In this document: one piece after another, positions 41,001 to 55,100 of the stretch
Layout: every line of letters starts with the position of its first letter
Numbering within the stretch: the first letter of the stretch is position 1
Source: Balanoglossus misakiensis
Taxonomy: Eukaryota > Animalia > Hemichordata
DNA length: 64,000 bases
Reading direction: 5' to 3'
Assembly (NCBI GenBank): GCA_040954595.2
Contig: CM082590.2
Span: forward strand, 1 to 64,000
Notes under the pieces: model-generated
Told to the model about the DNA's origin: nothing
Seen by the model: only the letters and a program-made list of their open reading frames with translations
The model's database searches: none
Position numbers and translations under genes: made by a program

Positions 41001-44000
41001 TATAAAGAACATATGTTGGCGCCCTTTTTTCGCGTGTGCCACCCACTGAAAATCAGTGATTGGCTAGATCTCAAGTTTACCATGGTAACTGTAGTTAAAT
41101 TTCCATAGGTGACAATATACCTTAACATATCCCGGTAATTGTGTAGAATAAGATGTCATTGTTGTGTGTAGCAGTTCTGTATCCTGCTGGAAGACGTACG
41201 GTTGAAGCAACTCCAATAAGCCGAGAATGTGCGAGAAGAAGAGAAGATGGTGGCGAGATCGGAACTCGGGAAACGTCAGATGAACGCGTCTTTTCAAGGC
41301 GGCTGAAATCATGGCCATTTGTCTGAAATTTGAAAATGAGATAAATTGGACATCAAATCAGGTCCAATAATCAATATCATTCAAGGTAAGCTAATTACCA
41401 GGTCCAAAAAATATGAGAAAGAACGATAATGTCAACAGGATCATCTTTAACCACTGCTAAGTGGTGGTACCAGGTGTCTTGAATGGGTAAGGCATATCAG
41501 GCCAGCATGCTACACCAAGTCAAGACTGACCACAACTGACATGTTACAGTGAAATTTGGCTAACTATCGAACTACTGTTGCAAGTCAAATCCAGGAATGA
41601 TGTCACTCATCATTTGAGTGACAGACGTGTCACATTTTCACTGATCATCACTTTGATCTTAGAATGACCATTGTGACTGTCGGACATACTTATTTGCTTA
41701 CCCGAGTAACAATGTCGGATGAGATGTTGCTATCTTTCGGAGCGCAATGTTGGCATCATTCATTTTGTTTTCGCAATTTCGTCCAGCTTTTGTTGCGGCC
41801 AACGTCAACAATAAACTGTGGGTCAACACATCGAACTGAAACAAATATCAACCAAGACACTTAAAGGGTATTCTGTAAATATGTGTGTCTTTTCAAAATG
41901 TGCATACCATCTGTTATAATTTGGACTACCTATCACTTTTGACAGTTGTGACAAGAAAAAGGCACATCTACGCTAAACGGTACAGTGAAACCTGTCATTA
42001 TGGACACCTCTCTATTAAAGGTATACAGTCACCTCCAATTTAAATGGCTGAAATGGCGTATTTGGGCATTATAAAGAACATATGTTGGCGCCCTTTTTTC
42101 GCGTGTGCCACCCACTGAAAATCAGTGATTGGCTAGATCTCAAGTTTACCATGGTAACTGTAGTTAAATTTCCATAGGTGACAATATACCTTAACATATC
42201 CCGGTAATTGTGTAGAATAAGATGTCATTGTTGTGTGTAGCAGTTCTGTATCCTGCTGGAAGACGTACGGTTGAAGCAACTCCAATAAGCCGAGAATGTG
42301 CGAGAAGAAGAGAAGATGGTGGCGAGATCGGAACTCGGGAAACGTCAGATGAACGCGTCTTTTCAAGGCGGCTGAAATCATGGCCATTTGTCTGAAATTT
42401 GAAAATGAGATAAATAGGACATCAAATCAGGTCCAATAATCAATATCATTCAAGGTAAGCTAATTACCAGGTCCAAAAAAATATGAGAAAGAACGATAAT
42501 GTCAACAGGATCATCTTTAAGCACTGCTAAGTGGTGGTACCAGGTGTCTTGAATGGGTAAGGCATATCAGGCCAGCATGCTACACCAGTCAAGACTGACC
42601 ACAAGTGACATGTTACAGTGAAATTTGGCTAACTATCGAACTACTGTTGCAAGTCAAATCCAGGAATGATGTCACTCATCATTTGAGTGACAGACGTGTC
42701 ACATTTTCACTGATCATCACTTTGATCTTAGAATGACCATTGTGACTGTCGGACATACTTATTTGCTTACCCGAGTAACAATGTCGGATGAGATGTTGCT
42801 ATCTTTCGGAGCGCAATGTTGGCATCATTCATTTTGTTTTCGCAATTTCGTCCAGCTTTTGTTGCGGCCAACGTCAACAATAAACTGTGGGTCAACACAT
42901 CGAACTGAAACAAATATCAACCAAGACACTTAAAGGGTATTCTGTAAATATGTGTGTCTTTTCAAAATGTGCATACCATCTGTTATAATTTGGACTACCT
43001 ATCACTTTTGACAGTTGTGACAAGAAAAAGGCACATCTACGCTAAACGGTACAGTGAAACCTGTCATTATGGACACCTCTCTATTAAAGGTATACAGTCA
43101 CCTCCAATTTATACGCCCATATATGGCTGAAATGGCGTATTTGGGCATTATAAAGAACATATGTTGGCGCCCTTTTTTCGCGTGTGCCACCCACTGAAAA
43201 TCAGTGATTGGCTAGATCTCAAGTTTACCATGGTAACTGTAGTTAAATTTCCATAGGTGACAATATACCTTAACATATCCCGGTAATTGTGTAGAATAAG
43301 ATGTCATTGTTGTGTGTAGCAGTTCTGTATCCTGCTGGAAGACGTACGGTTGAAGCAACTCCAATAAGCCGAGAATGTGCGAGAAGAAGAGAAGATGGTG
43401 GCGAGATCGGAACTCGGGAAACGTCAGATGAACGCGTCTTTTCAAGGCGGCTGAAATCATGGCCATTTGTCTGAAATTTGAAAATGAGATAAATAGGACA
43501 TCAAATCAGGTCCAATAATCAATATCATTCAAGGTAAGCTAATTACCAGGTCCAAAAAATACGAGAAAGAACGATAGTGTCAACAGGATCATCTTTAAGC
43601 ACTGCTAAGTGGTGGTACCAGGTGTCTTGAATGGGTAAGGCATATCAGGCCAGCATGCTACACCAGTCAAGACTGACCACAAGTGACATGTTACAGTGAA
43701 ATTTGGCTAACTATCGAACTACTGTTGCAAGTCAAATCCAGGAATGATGTCACTCATCATTTGAGTGACAGACGTGTCACATTTTCACTGATCATCACTT
43801 TGATCTTAGAATGACCATTGTGACTGTCGGACATACTTATTTGCTTACCCGAGTAACAATGTCGGATGAGATGTTGCTATCTTTCGGAGCGCAATGTTGG
43901 CATCATTCATTTTGTTTTCGCAATTTCGTCCAGCTTTTGTTGCGGCCAACGTCAACAATAAACTGTGGGTCAACACATCGAACTGAAACAAATATCAACC

Positions 44001-45462
44001 AAGACACTTAAAGGGTATTCTGTAAATATGTGTGTCTTTTCAAAATGTGCATACCATCTGTTATAATTTGGACTACCTATCACTTTTGACAGTTGTGACA
44101 AGAAAAAGGCACATCTACGCTAAACGGTACAGTGAAACCTGTCATTATGGACACCTCTCTATTAAAGGTAAACAGTCACCTCCAATTTATACGCCCATAT
44201 ATGGCTGAAATGGCCTATTTGGGCATTATAAAGAACATATGTTGGCGCCCTTTTTACGCGTGTGCCACCCACTGAAAATCAGTGATTGGCTAGATCTCAA
44301 GTTTACCATGGTAACTGTAGTTAAATTTCCATAGGTGACAATATACCTTAACATATCCCGGTAATTGTGTAGAATAAGATGTCATTGTTGTGTGTAGCAG
44401 TTCTGTATCCTGCTGGAAGACGTACGGTTGAAGCAACTCCAATAAGCCGAGAATGTGCGAGAAGAAGAGAAGATGGTGGCGAGATCGGAACTCGGGAAAC
44501 GTCAGATGAACGCGTCTTTTCAAGGCGGCTGAAATCATGGCCATTTGTCTGAAATTTGAAAATGAGATAAATAGGACATCAAATCAGGTCCAATAATCAA
44601 TATCATTCAAGGTAAGCTAATTACCAGGTCCAAAAAAATATGAGAAAGAACGATAATGTCAACAGGATCATCTTTAAGCACTGCTAAGTGGTGGTACCAG
44701 GTGTCTTGAATGGGTAAGGCATATCAGGCCAGCATGCTACACCAGTCAAGACTGACCACAAGTGACATGTTACAGTGAAATTTGGCTAACTATCGAACTA
44801 CTGTTGCAAGTCAAATCCAGGAATGATGTCATTCATCATTTGAGTGACAGACGTGTCACATTTTCACTGATCATCACTTTGATCTTAGAATGACCATTGT
44901 GACTGTCGGACATACTTATTTGCTTACCCGAGTAACAATGTCGGATGAGATGTTGCTATCTTTCGGAGCGCAATGTTGGCATAATTCATTTTGTTTTCGC
45001 AATTTCGTCCAGCTTTTGTTGCGGCCAACGTCAACAATAAACTGTGGGTCAACACATCGAACTGAAACAAATATCAACCAAGACACTTAAAGGGTATTCT
45101 GTAAATATGTGTGTCTTTTCAAAATGTGCATACCATCTGTTATAATTTGGACTACCTATCACTTTTGACAGTTGTGACAAGAAAAAGGCACATCTACGCT
45201 AAACGGTACAGTGAAACCTGTCATTATGGACACCTCTCTATTAAAGGTATACAGTCACCTCCAATTTATACGCCCATATATGGCTGAAATGGCGTATTTG
45301 GGCATTATAAAGAACATATGTTGGCGCCCTTTTTTCGCGTGTGCCACCCACTGAAAATCAGTGATTGGCTAGATCTCAAGTTTACCATGGTAACTGTAGT
45401 TAAATTTCCATAGGTGACAATATACCTTAACATATCCCGGTAATTGTGTAGTGAATTCTTAC

Positions 45463-46165
45463 CCTGGTGAGGTGGAAATAAGATGTCATTGTTGTGTGTA
45501 GCAGTTCTGTATCCTGCTGGAAGACGTACGGTTGAAGCAACTCCAATAAGCCGAGAATGTGCGAGAAGAAGAGAAGATGGTGGCGAGATCGGAACTCGGG
45601 AAACGTCAGATGAACGCGTCTTTTCAAGGCGGCTGAAATCATGGCTATTTGTCTGAAATTTGAAAATGAGATAAATTGGACATCAAATCAGGTCCAATAA
45701 TCAATATCATTCAAGGTAAGCTAATTACCAGGTCCAAAAAATATGAGAAAGAACGATAATGTCAACAGGATCATCTTTAACCACTGCTAAGTGGTGGTAC
45801 CAGGTGTCTTGAATGGGTAAGGCATATCAGGCCAGCATGCTACACCAAGTCAAGACTGACCACAAGTGACATGTTACAGTGAAATTTGGCTAACTATCGA
45901 ACTACTGTTGCAAGTCAAATCCAGGAATGATGTCACTCATCATTTGAGTGACTGACGTGTCACATTTTCACTGATCATCACTTTGATCTTAGAATGACCA
46001 TTGTGACTGTCGGACATACTTATTTGCTTACCTGAGTAACAATGTCGGATGAGATGTTGCTATCTTTCGGAGCGCAATGTTGGCATCATTCATTTTGTTT
46101 TCGCAATTTCGTCCAGCTTTTGTTGCGGCCAACGTCAACAATAAACTGTGGGTCAACACATCGAA
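45463..46165 (-). pseudogene. INTS1: INTS1-like two-exon module, copy 28, with all four splice sites intact (exon A 46032-46165, exon B 45463-45652)
   Basis: It keeps the 25 bp (45452-45476) that contains the exon B donor, and the exon A donor is AG|gtaagc. Matches ORF-track entry 45427..45642. Confidence 0.82.
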
Positions 46166-49100
46166 CTGAAACAAATATCAACCAAGACACTTAAAGGGTA
46201 TTCTGTAAATATGTGTGTCTTTTCAAAATGTGCATACCATCTGTTATAATTTGGACTACCTATCACTTTTGACAGTTGTGACAAGAAAAGGCACATCTAC
46301 GCTAAACGGTACAGTGAAACCTGTCATTATGGACACCTCTCTATTAAAGGTATACAGTCACCTCCAATTTATACGCCCATATATGGCTGAAATGGCGTAT
46401 TTGGGCATTATAAAGAACATATGTTGGCGCCCTTTTTTCGCGTGTGCCACCCACTGAAAATCAGTGATTGGCTAGATCTCAAGTTTACCATGGTAACTGT
46501 AGTTAAATTTCCATAGGTGACAATATACCTTAACATATCCCGGTAATTGTGTAGAATAAGATGTCATTGTTGTGTGTAGCAGTTCTGTATCCTGCTGGAA
46601 GACGTACGGTTGAAGCAACTCCAATAAGACGAGAATGTGCGAGAAGAAGAGAAGATGGTGGCGAGATCGGAACTCGGGAAACGTCAGATGAACGCGTCTT
46701 TTCAAGGCGGCTGAAATCATGGCCATTTGTCTGAAATTTGAAAATGAGATAAATAGGACATCAAATCAGGTCCAATAATCAATATCATTCAAGGTAAGCT
46801 AATTACCAGGTCCAAAAAATATGAGAAAGAACGATAATGTCAACAGGATCATCTTTAACCACTGCTAAGTGGTGCTACCAGGTGTCTTGAATGGGTAAGG
46901 CATATCAGGCCAGCATGCTACACCAGTCAAGACTGACCACAAGTGACATGTTACAGTGAAATTTGGCTAACTATCGAACTACTGTTGCAAGTCAAGTCCA
47001 GGAATGATGTCACTCATCATTTGAGTGACAGACGTGTCACATTTTCACTGACCATCACTTTGATCTTAGAATGACCATTGTGACTGTCGGACATACTTAT
47101 TTGCTTACCCGAGTAACAATGTCGGATGAGATGTTGCTATCTTTCGGAGCGCAATGTTGGCATAATTCATTTTGTTTTCGCAATTTCGTCCAGCTTTTGT
47201 TGCGGCCAACGTCAACAATAAACTGTGGGTCAACACATCGAACTGAAACAAATATCAACCAAGACACTTAAAGGGTATTCTGTAAATATGTGTGTCTTTT
47301 CAAAATGTGCATACCATCTGTTATAATTTGGACTACCTATCACTTTTGACAGTTGTGACAAGAAAAAGGCACATCTACGCTAAACGGTACAGTGAAACCT
47401 GTCATTATGGACACCTCTCTATTAAAGGTATACAGTCACCTCCAATTTATACGCCCATATATGGCTGAAATGGCGTATTTGGGCATTATAAAGAACATAT
47501 GTTGGCGCCCTTTTTTCGCGTGTGCCACCCACTGAAAATCAGTGGTTGGCTAGATCTCAAGTTTACCATGGTAACTGTAGTTAAATTTCCATAGGTGACA
47601 ATATACCTTAACATATCCCGGTAATTGTGTAGAATAAGATGTCATTGTTGTGTGTAGCAGTTCAGTATCCTGCTGGAAGACGTACGGTTGAAGCAACTCC
47701 AATAAGCCGAGAATGTGCGAGAAGAAGAGAAGATGGTGGCGAGATCGGAACTCGGGAAACGTCAGATGAACGCGTCTTTTCAAGGCGGCTGAAATCATGG
47801 CCATTTGTCTGAAATTTGAAAATGAGATAAATAGGACATCAAATCAGGTCCAATAATCAATATCATTCAAGGTAAGCTAATTACCAGGTCCAAAAAATAT
47901 GAGAAAGAACGATAATGTCAACAGGATTATCTTTAACCACTGCTAAGTGGTGCTACCAGGTGTCTTGAATGGGTAAGGCATATCAGGCCAGCATGCTACA
48001 CCAGTCAAGACTGACCACAAGTGACATGTTACAGTGAAATTTGGCTAACTATCGAACTACTGTTGCAAGTCAAATCCAGGAATGATGTCACTCATCATTT
48101 GAGTGACAGACGTGTCACATTTTCACTGATCATCACTTTGATCTTAGAATGACCATTGTGACTGTCGGACATACTTATTTGCTTACCCGAGTAACAATGT
48201 CGGATGAGATGTTGCTATCTTTCGGAGCGCAATGTTGGCATCATTCATTTTGTTTTCGCAATTTCGTCCAGCTTTTGTTGCGGCCAACGTCAACAATAAA
48301 CTGTGGGTCAACACATCGAACTGAAACAAATATCAACCAAGACACTTAAAGGGTATTCTGTAAATATGTGTGTCTTTTCAAAATGTGCATACCATCTGTT
48401 ATAATTTGGACTACCTAATACTTTTGACAGTTGTGACAAGAAAAAGGCACATCTACGCTAAACGGTACAGTGAAACCTGTCATTATGGACACCTCTCTAT
48501 TAAAGGTATACAGTCACCTCCAATTTATACGCCCATATATGGCTGAAATGGCGTATTTGGGCATTATAAAGAACATATGTTGGCGCCCTTTTTTCGCGTG
48601 TGCCACCCACTGAAAATCAGTGATTGGCTAGATCTCAAGTTTACCATGGTAACTGTAGTTAAATTTCCATAGGTGACAATATACCTTAACATATCCCGGT
48701 AATTGTGTAGAATAAGATGTTATTGTTGTGTGTAGCAGTTCTGTATCCTGCTGGATGACGTACGGTTGAAGCAACTCCAATAAGCCGAGAATGTGCGAGA
48801 AGAAGAGAAGATGGTGGCGAGATCGGAACTCGGGAAACGTCAGATGAACGCGTCTTTTCAAGGCGGCTGAAATCATGGCCATTTGTCTGAAATTTGAAAA
48901 TGAGATAAATAGGACATCAAATCAGGTCCAATAATCAATATCATTCAAGGTAAGCTAATTACCAGGTCCAAAAAATATGAGAAAGAACGATAATGTCAAC
49001 AGGATCATCTTTAACCACTGCTAAGTGGTGGTACCAGGTGTCTTGAATGGGTAAGGCATATCAGGCCAGCATGCTACACCAGTCAAGACTGACCACAAGT

Positions 49101-52100
49101 GACATGTTACAGTGAAATTTGGCTAACTATCGAACTACTGTTGCAAGTCAAATCCAGGAATGATGTCACTCATCATTTGAGTGACAGACGTGTCACATTT
49201 TCACTGATCATCACTTTGATCTTAGAATGACCATTGTGACTGTCGGACATACTTATTTGCTTACCCGAGTAACAATGTCGGATGAGATGTTGCTATCTTT
49301 CGGAGCGCAATGTTGGCATCCTTCATTTTGTTTTCGCAATTTCGTCCAGCTTTTGTTGCGGCCAACGTCAACAATAAACTGTGGGTCAACACATCGAACT
49401 GAAACAAATATCAACCAAGACACTTAAAGGGTATTCTGTAAATATGTGTGTCTTTTCAAAATGTGCATACCATCTGTTATAATTTGGACTACCTATCACT
49501 TTTGACAGTTGTGACAAGAAAAAGGCACATCTACGCTAAACGGTACAGTGAAACCTGTCATTATGGACACTTCTCTATTAAAGGTATACAGTCACCTCCA
49601 ATTTATACGCCCATATATGGCTGAAATGGCGTATTTGGGCATTATAAAGAACATATGTTGGCGCCCTTTTTTCGCGTGTGCCACCCACTGAAAATCAGTG
49701 ATTGGCTAGATCTCAAGTTTACCATGGTAACTGTAGTTAAATTTCCATAGGTGACAATATACCTTAACATATCCCGGTAATTGTGTAGAATAAGATGTCA
49801 TTGTTGTGTGTAGCAGTTCTGTATCCTGCTGGAAGACGTACGGTTGAAGCAACTCCAATAAGCCGAGAATGTGCGAGAAGAAGAGAAGATGGTGGCGAGA
49901 TCGGAACTCGGGAAACGTCAGATGAACGCGTCTTTTCAAGGCGGCTGAAATCATGGCCATTTGTCTGAAATTTGAAAATGAGATAAATTGGACATCAAAT
50001 CAGGTCCAATAATCAATATCATTCAAGGTAGGCTAATTACCAGGTCCAAAAAATATGAGAAAGAACGATAATGTCAACAGGATCATCTTTAACCACTGCT
50101 AAGTGGTGGTACCAGGTGTCTTGAATGGGTAAGGCATATCAGGCCAGCATGCTACACCAAGTCAAGACTGACCACAACTGACATGTTACAGTGAAATTTG
50201 GCTAACTATCGAACTACTGTTGCAAGTCAAATCCAGGAATGATGTCACTCATCATTTGAGTGACAGACGTGTCACATTTTCACTGATCATCACTTTGATC
50301 TTAGAATGACCATTGTGACTGTCGGACATACTTATTTGCTTACCCGAGTAACAATGTCGGATGAGATGTTGCTATCTTTCGGAGCGCAATGTTGGCATCC
50401 TTCATTTTGTTTTCGCAATTTCGTCCAGCTTTTGTTGCGGCCAACGTCAACAATAAACTGTGGGTCAACACATCGAACTGAAACAAATATCAACCAAGAC
50501 ACTTAAAGGGTATTCTGTAAATATGTGTGTCTTTTCAAAATGTGCATACCATCTGTTATAATTTGGACTACCTATCACTTTTGACAGTTGTGACAAGAAA
50601 AAGGCACATCTACGCTAAACGGTACAGTGAAACCTGTCATTATGGACACCTCTCTATTAAAGGTATACAGTCACCTCCAATTTATACGCCCATATATGGC
50701 TGAAATGGCGTATTTGGGCATTATAAAGAACATATGTTGGCGCCCTTTTTTCGCGTGTGCCACCCACTGAAAATCAGTGATTGGCTAGATCTCAAGTTTA
50801 CCATGGTAACTGTAGTTAAATTTCCATAGGTGACAATATACCTTAACATATCCCGGTAATTGTGTAGAATAAGATGTCATTGTTGTGTGTAGCAGTTCTG
50901 TATCCTGCTGGAAGACGTACGGTTGAAGCAACTCCAATAAGCCGAGAATGTGCGAGAAGAAGAGAAGATGGTGGCGAGATCGGAACTCGGGAAACGTCAG
51001 ATGAACGCGTCTTTTCAAGGCGGCTGAAATCATGGCCATTTGTCTGAAATTTGAAAATGAGATAAATAGGACATCAAATCAGGTCCAATAATCAATATCA
51101 TTCAAGGTAAGCTAATTACCAGGTCCAAAAAATATGAGAAAGAACGATAATGTCAACAGGATCATCTTTAACCACTGCTAAGTGGTGGTACCAGGTGTCT
51201 TGAATGGGTAAGGCATATCAGGCCAGCATGCTACACCAGTCAAGACTGACCACAAGTGACATGTTACAGTGAAATTTGGCTAACTATCGAACTACTGTTG
51301 CAAGTCAAATCCAGGAATGATGTCACTCATCATTTGAGTGACAGACGTGTCACATTTTCACTGATCATCACTTTGATCTTAGAATGACCATTGTGACTGT
51401 CGGACATACTTATTTGCTTACCCGAGTAACAATGTCGGATGAGATGTTGCTATCTTTCGGAGCGCAATGTTGGCATCATTCATTTTGTTTTCGCAATTTC
51501 GTCCAGCTTTTGTTGCGGCCAACGTCAACAATAAACTGTGGGTCAACACATCGAACTGAAACAAATATCAACCAAGACACTTAAAGGGTATTCTGTAAAT
51601 ATGTGTGTCTTTTCAAAATGTGCATACCATCTGTTATAATTTGGACTACCTATCACTTTTGACAGTTGTGACAAGAAAAAGGCACATCTACGCTAAACGG
51701 TACAGTGAAACCTGTCATTATGGACACCTCTCTATTAAAGGTATACAGTCACCTCCAATTTATACGCCCATATATGGCTGAAATGGCGTATTTGGGCATT
51801 ATAAAGAACATATGTTGGCGCCCTTTTTTCGCGTGTGCCACCCACTGAAAATCAGTGATTGGCTAGATCTCAAGTTTACCATGGTAACTGTAGTTAAATT
51901 TCCATAGGTGACAATATACCTTAACATATCCCGGTAATTGTGTAGAATAAGATGTCATTGTTGTGTGTAGCAGTTCTGTATCCTGCTGGAAGACGTACGG
52001 TTGAAGCAACTCCAATAAGCCGAGAATGTGCGAGAAGAAGAGAAGATGGTGGCGAGATCGGAACTCGGGAAACGTCAGATGAACGCGTCTTTTCAAGGCG

Positions 52101-55100
52101 GCTGAAATCATGGCCATTTGTCTGAAATTTGAAAATGAGATAAATAGGACATCAAATCAGGTCCAATAATCAATATCATTCAAGGTAAGCTAATTACCAG
52201 GTCCAAAAAATATGAGAAAGAACGATAATGTCAACAGGATCATCTTTAACCACTGCTAAGTGGTGGTACCAGGTGTCTTGAATGGGTAAGGCATATCAGG
52301 CCAGCATGCTACACCAGTCAAGACTGACCACAAGTGACATGTTACAGTGAAATTTGGCTAACTATCGAACTACTGTTGCAAGTCAAATCCAGGAATGATG
52401 TCACTCATCATTTGAGTGACAGACGTGTCACATTTTCACTGATCATCACTTTGATCTTAGAATGACCATTGTGACTGTCGGACATACTTATTTGCTTACC
52501 CGAGTAACAATGTCGGATGAGATGTTGCTATCTTTCGGAGCGCAATGTTGGCATCCTTCATTTTGTTTTCGCAATTTCGTCCAGCTTTTGTTGCGGCCAA
52601 CGTCAACAATAAACTGTGGGTCAACACATCGAACTGAAACAAATATCAACCAAGACACTTAAAGGGTATTCTGTAAATATGTGTGTCTTTTCAAAATGTG
52701 CATACCATCTGTTATAATTTGGACTACCTATCACTTTTGACAGTTGTGACAAGAAAAAGGCACATCTACGCTAAACGGTACAGTGAAACCTGTCATTATG
52801 GACACCTCTCTATTAAAGGTATACAGTCACCTCCAATTTATACGCCCATATATGGCTGAAATGGCGTATTTGGGCATTATAAAGAACATATGTTGGCGCC
52901 CTTTTTTCGCGTGTGCCACCCACTGAAAATCAGTGATTGGCTAGATCTCAAGTTTACCATGGTAACTGTAGTTAAATTTCCATAGGTGACAATAAACCTT
53001 AACATATCCCGGTAATTGTGTAGAATAAGATGTCATTGTTGTGTGTAGCAGTTCTGTATCCTGCTGGAAGACGTACGGTTGAAGCAACTCCAATAAGCCG
53101 AGAATGTGCGAGAAGAAGAGAAGATGGTGGCGAGATCGGAACTCGGGAAACGTCAGATGAACGCGTCTTTTCAAGGCGGCTGAAATCATGGCCATTTGTC
53201 TGAAATTTGAAAATGAGATAAATAGGACATCAAATCAGGTCCAATAATCAATATCATTCAAGGTAAGCTAATTACCAGGTCCAAAAAATATGAGAAAGAA
53301 CGATAATGTCAACAGGATCATCTTTAACCACTGCTAAGTGGTGGTACCAGGTGTCTTGAATGGGTAAGGCATATCAGGCCAGCATGCTACACCAGTCAAG
53401 ACTGACCACAAGTGACATGTTACAGTGAAATTTGGCTAACTATCGAACTACTGTTGCAAGTCAAATCCAGGAATGATGTCACTCATCATTTGAGTGACAG
53501 ACGTGTCACATTTTCACTGATCATCACTTTGATCTTAGAATGACCATTGTGACTGTCGGACATACTTATTTGCTTACCTGAGTAACAATGTCGGATGAGA
53601 TGTTGCTATCTTTCGGAGCGCAATGTTGGCATCATTCATTTTGTTTTCGCAATTTCGTCCAGCTTTTGTTGCGGCCAACGTCAACAATAAACTGTGGATC
53701 AACACATCGAACTGAAACAAATATCAACCAAGACACTTAAAGGGTATTCTGTAAATATGTGTGTCTTTTCAAAATGTGCATACCATCTGTTATAATTTGG
53801 ACTACCTATCACTTTTGACAGTTGTGACAAGAAAAAGGCACATCTACGCTAAACGGTACAGTGAAACCTGTCATTATGGACACCTCTCTATTAAAGGTAT
53901 ACAGTCACCTCCAATTTATACGCCCATATATGGCTGAAATGGCGTATTTGGGCATTATAAAGAACATATGTTGGCGCCCTTTTTTCGCGTGTGCCACCCA
54001 CTGAAAATCAGTGATTGGCTAGATCTCAAGTTTACCATGGTAACTGTAGTTAAATTTCCATAGGTGACAATATACCTTAACATATCCCGGTAATTGTGTA
54101 GAATAAGATGTCATTGTTGTGTGTAGCAGTTCTGTATCCTGCTGGAAGACGTACGGTTGAAGCAACTCCAATAAGCCGAGAATGTGCGAGAAGAAGAGAA
54201 GATGGTGGCGAGATCGGAACTCGGGAAACGTCAGATGAACGCGTCTTTTCAAGGCGGCTGAAATCATGGCCATTTGTCTGAAATTTGAAAATGAGATAAA
54301 TAGGACATCAAATCAGGTCCAATAATCAATATCATTCAAGGTAAGCTAATTACCAGGTCCAAAAAATATGAGAATGAACGATAGTGTCAACAGGATCATC
54401 TTTAAGCACTGCTAAGTGGTGGTACCAGGTGTCTTGAATGGGTAAGGCATATCAGGCCAGCATGCTACACCAGTCAAGACTGACCACAAGTGACATGTTA
54501 CAGTGAAATTTGGCTAACTATCGAACTACTGTTGCAAGTCAAATCCAGGAATGATGTCACTCATCATTTGAGTGACAGACGTGTCACATTTTCACTGATC
54601 ATCACTTTGATCTTAGAATGACCATTGTGACTGTCGGACATACTTATTTGCTTACCCGAGTAACAATGTCGGATGAGATGTTGCTATCTTTCGGAGCGCA
54701 ATGTTGGCATCATTCATTTTGTTTTCGCAATTTCGTCCAGCTTTTGTTGCGGCCAAAGTCAACAATAAACTGTGGGTCAACACATCGAACTGAAACAAAT
54801 ATCAACCAAGACACTTAAAGGGTATTCTGTAAATATGTGTGTCTTTTCAAAATGTGCATACCATCTGTTATAATTTGGACTACCTATCACTTTTGACAGT
54901 TGTGACAAGAAAAAGGCACATCTACGCTAAACGGTACAGTGAAACCTGTCATTATGGACACCTCTCTATTAAAGGTATACAGTCACCTCCAATTTATACG
55001 CCCATATATGGCTGAAATGGCGTATTTGGGCATTATAAAGAACATATGTTGGCGCCCTTTTTTCGCGTGTGCCACCCACTGAAAATCAGTGATTGGCTAG

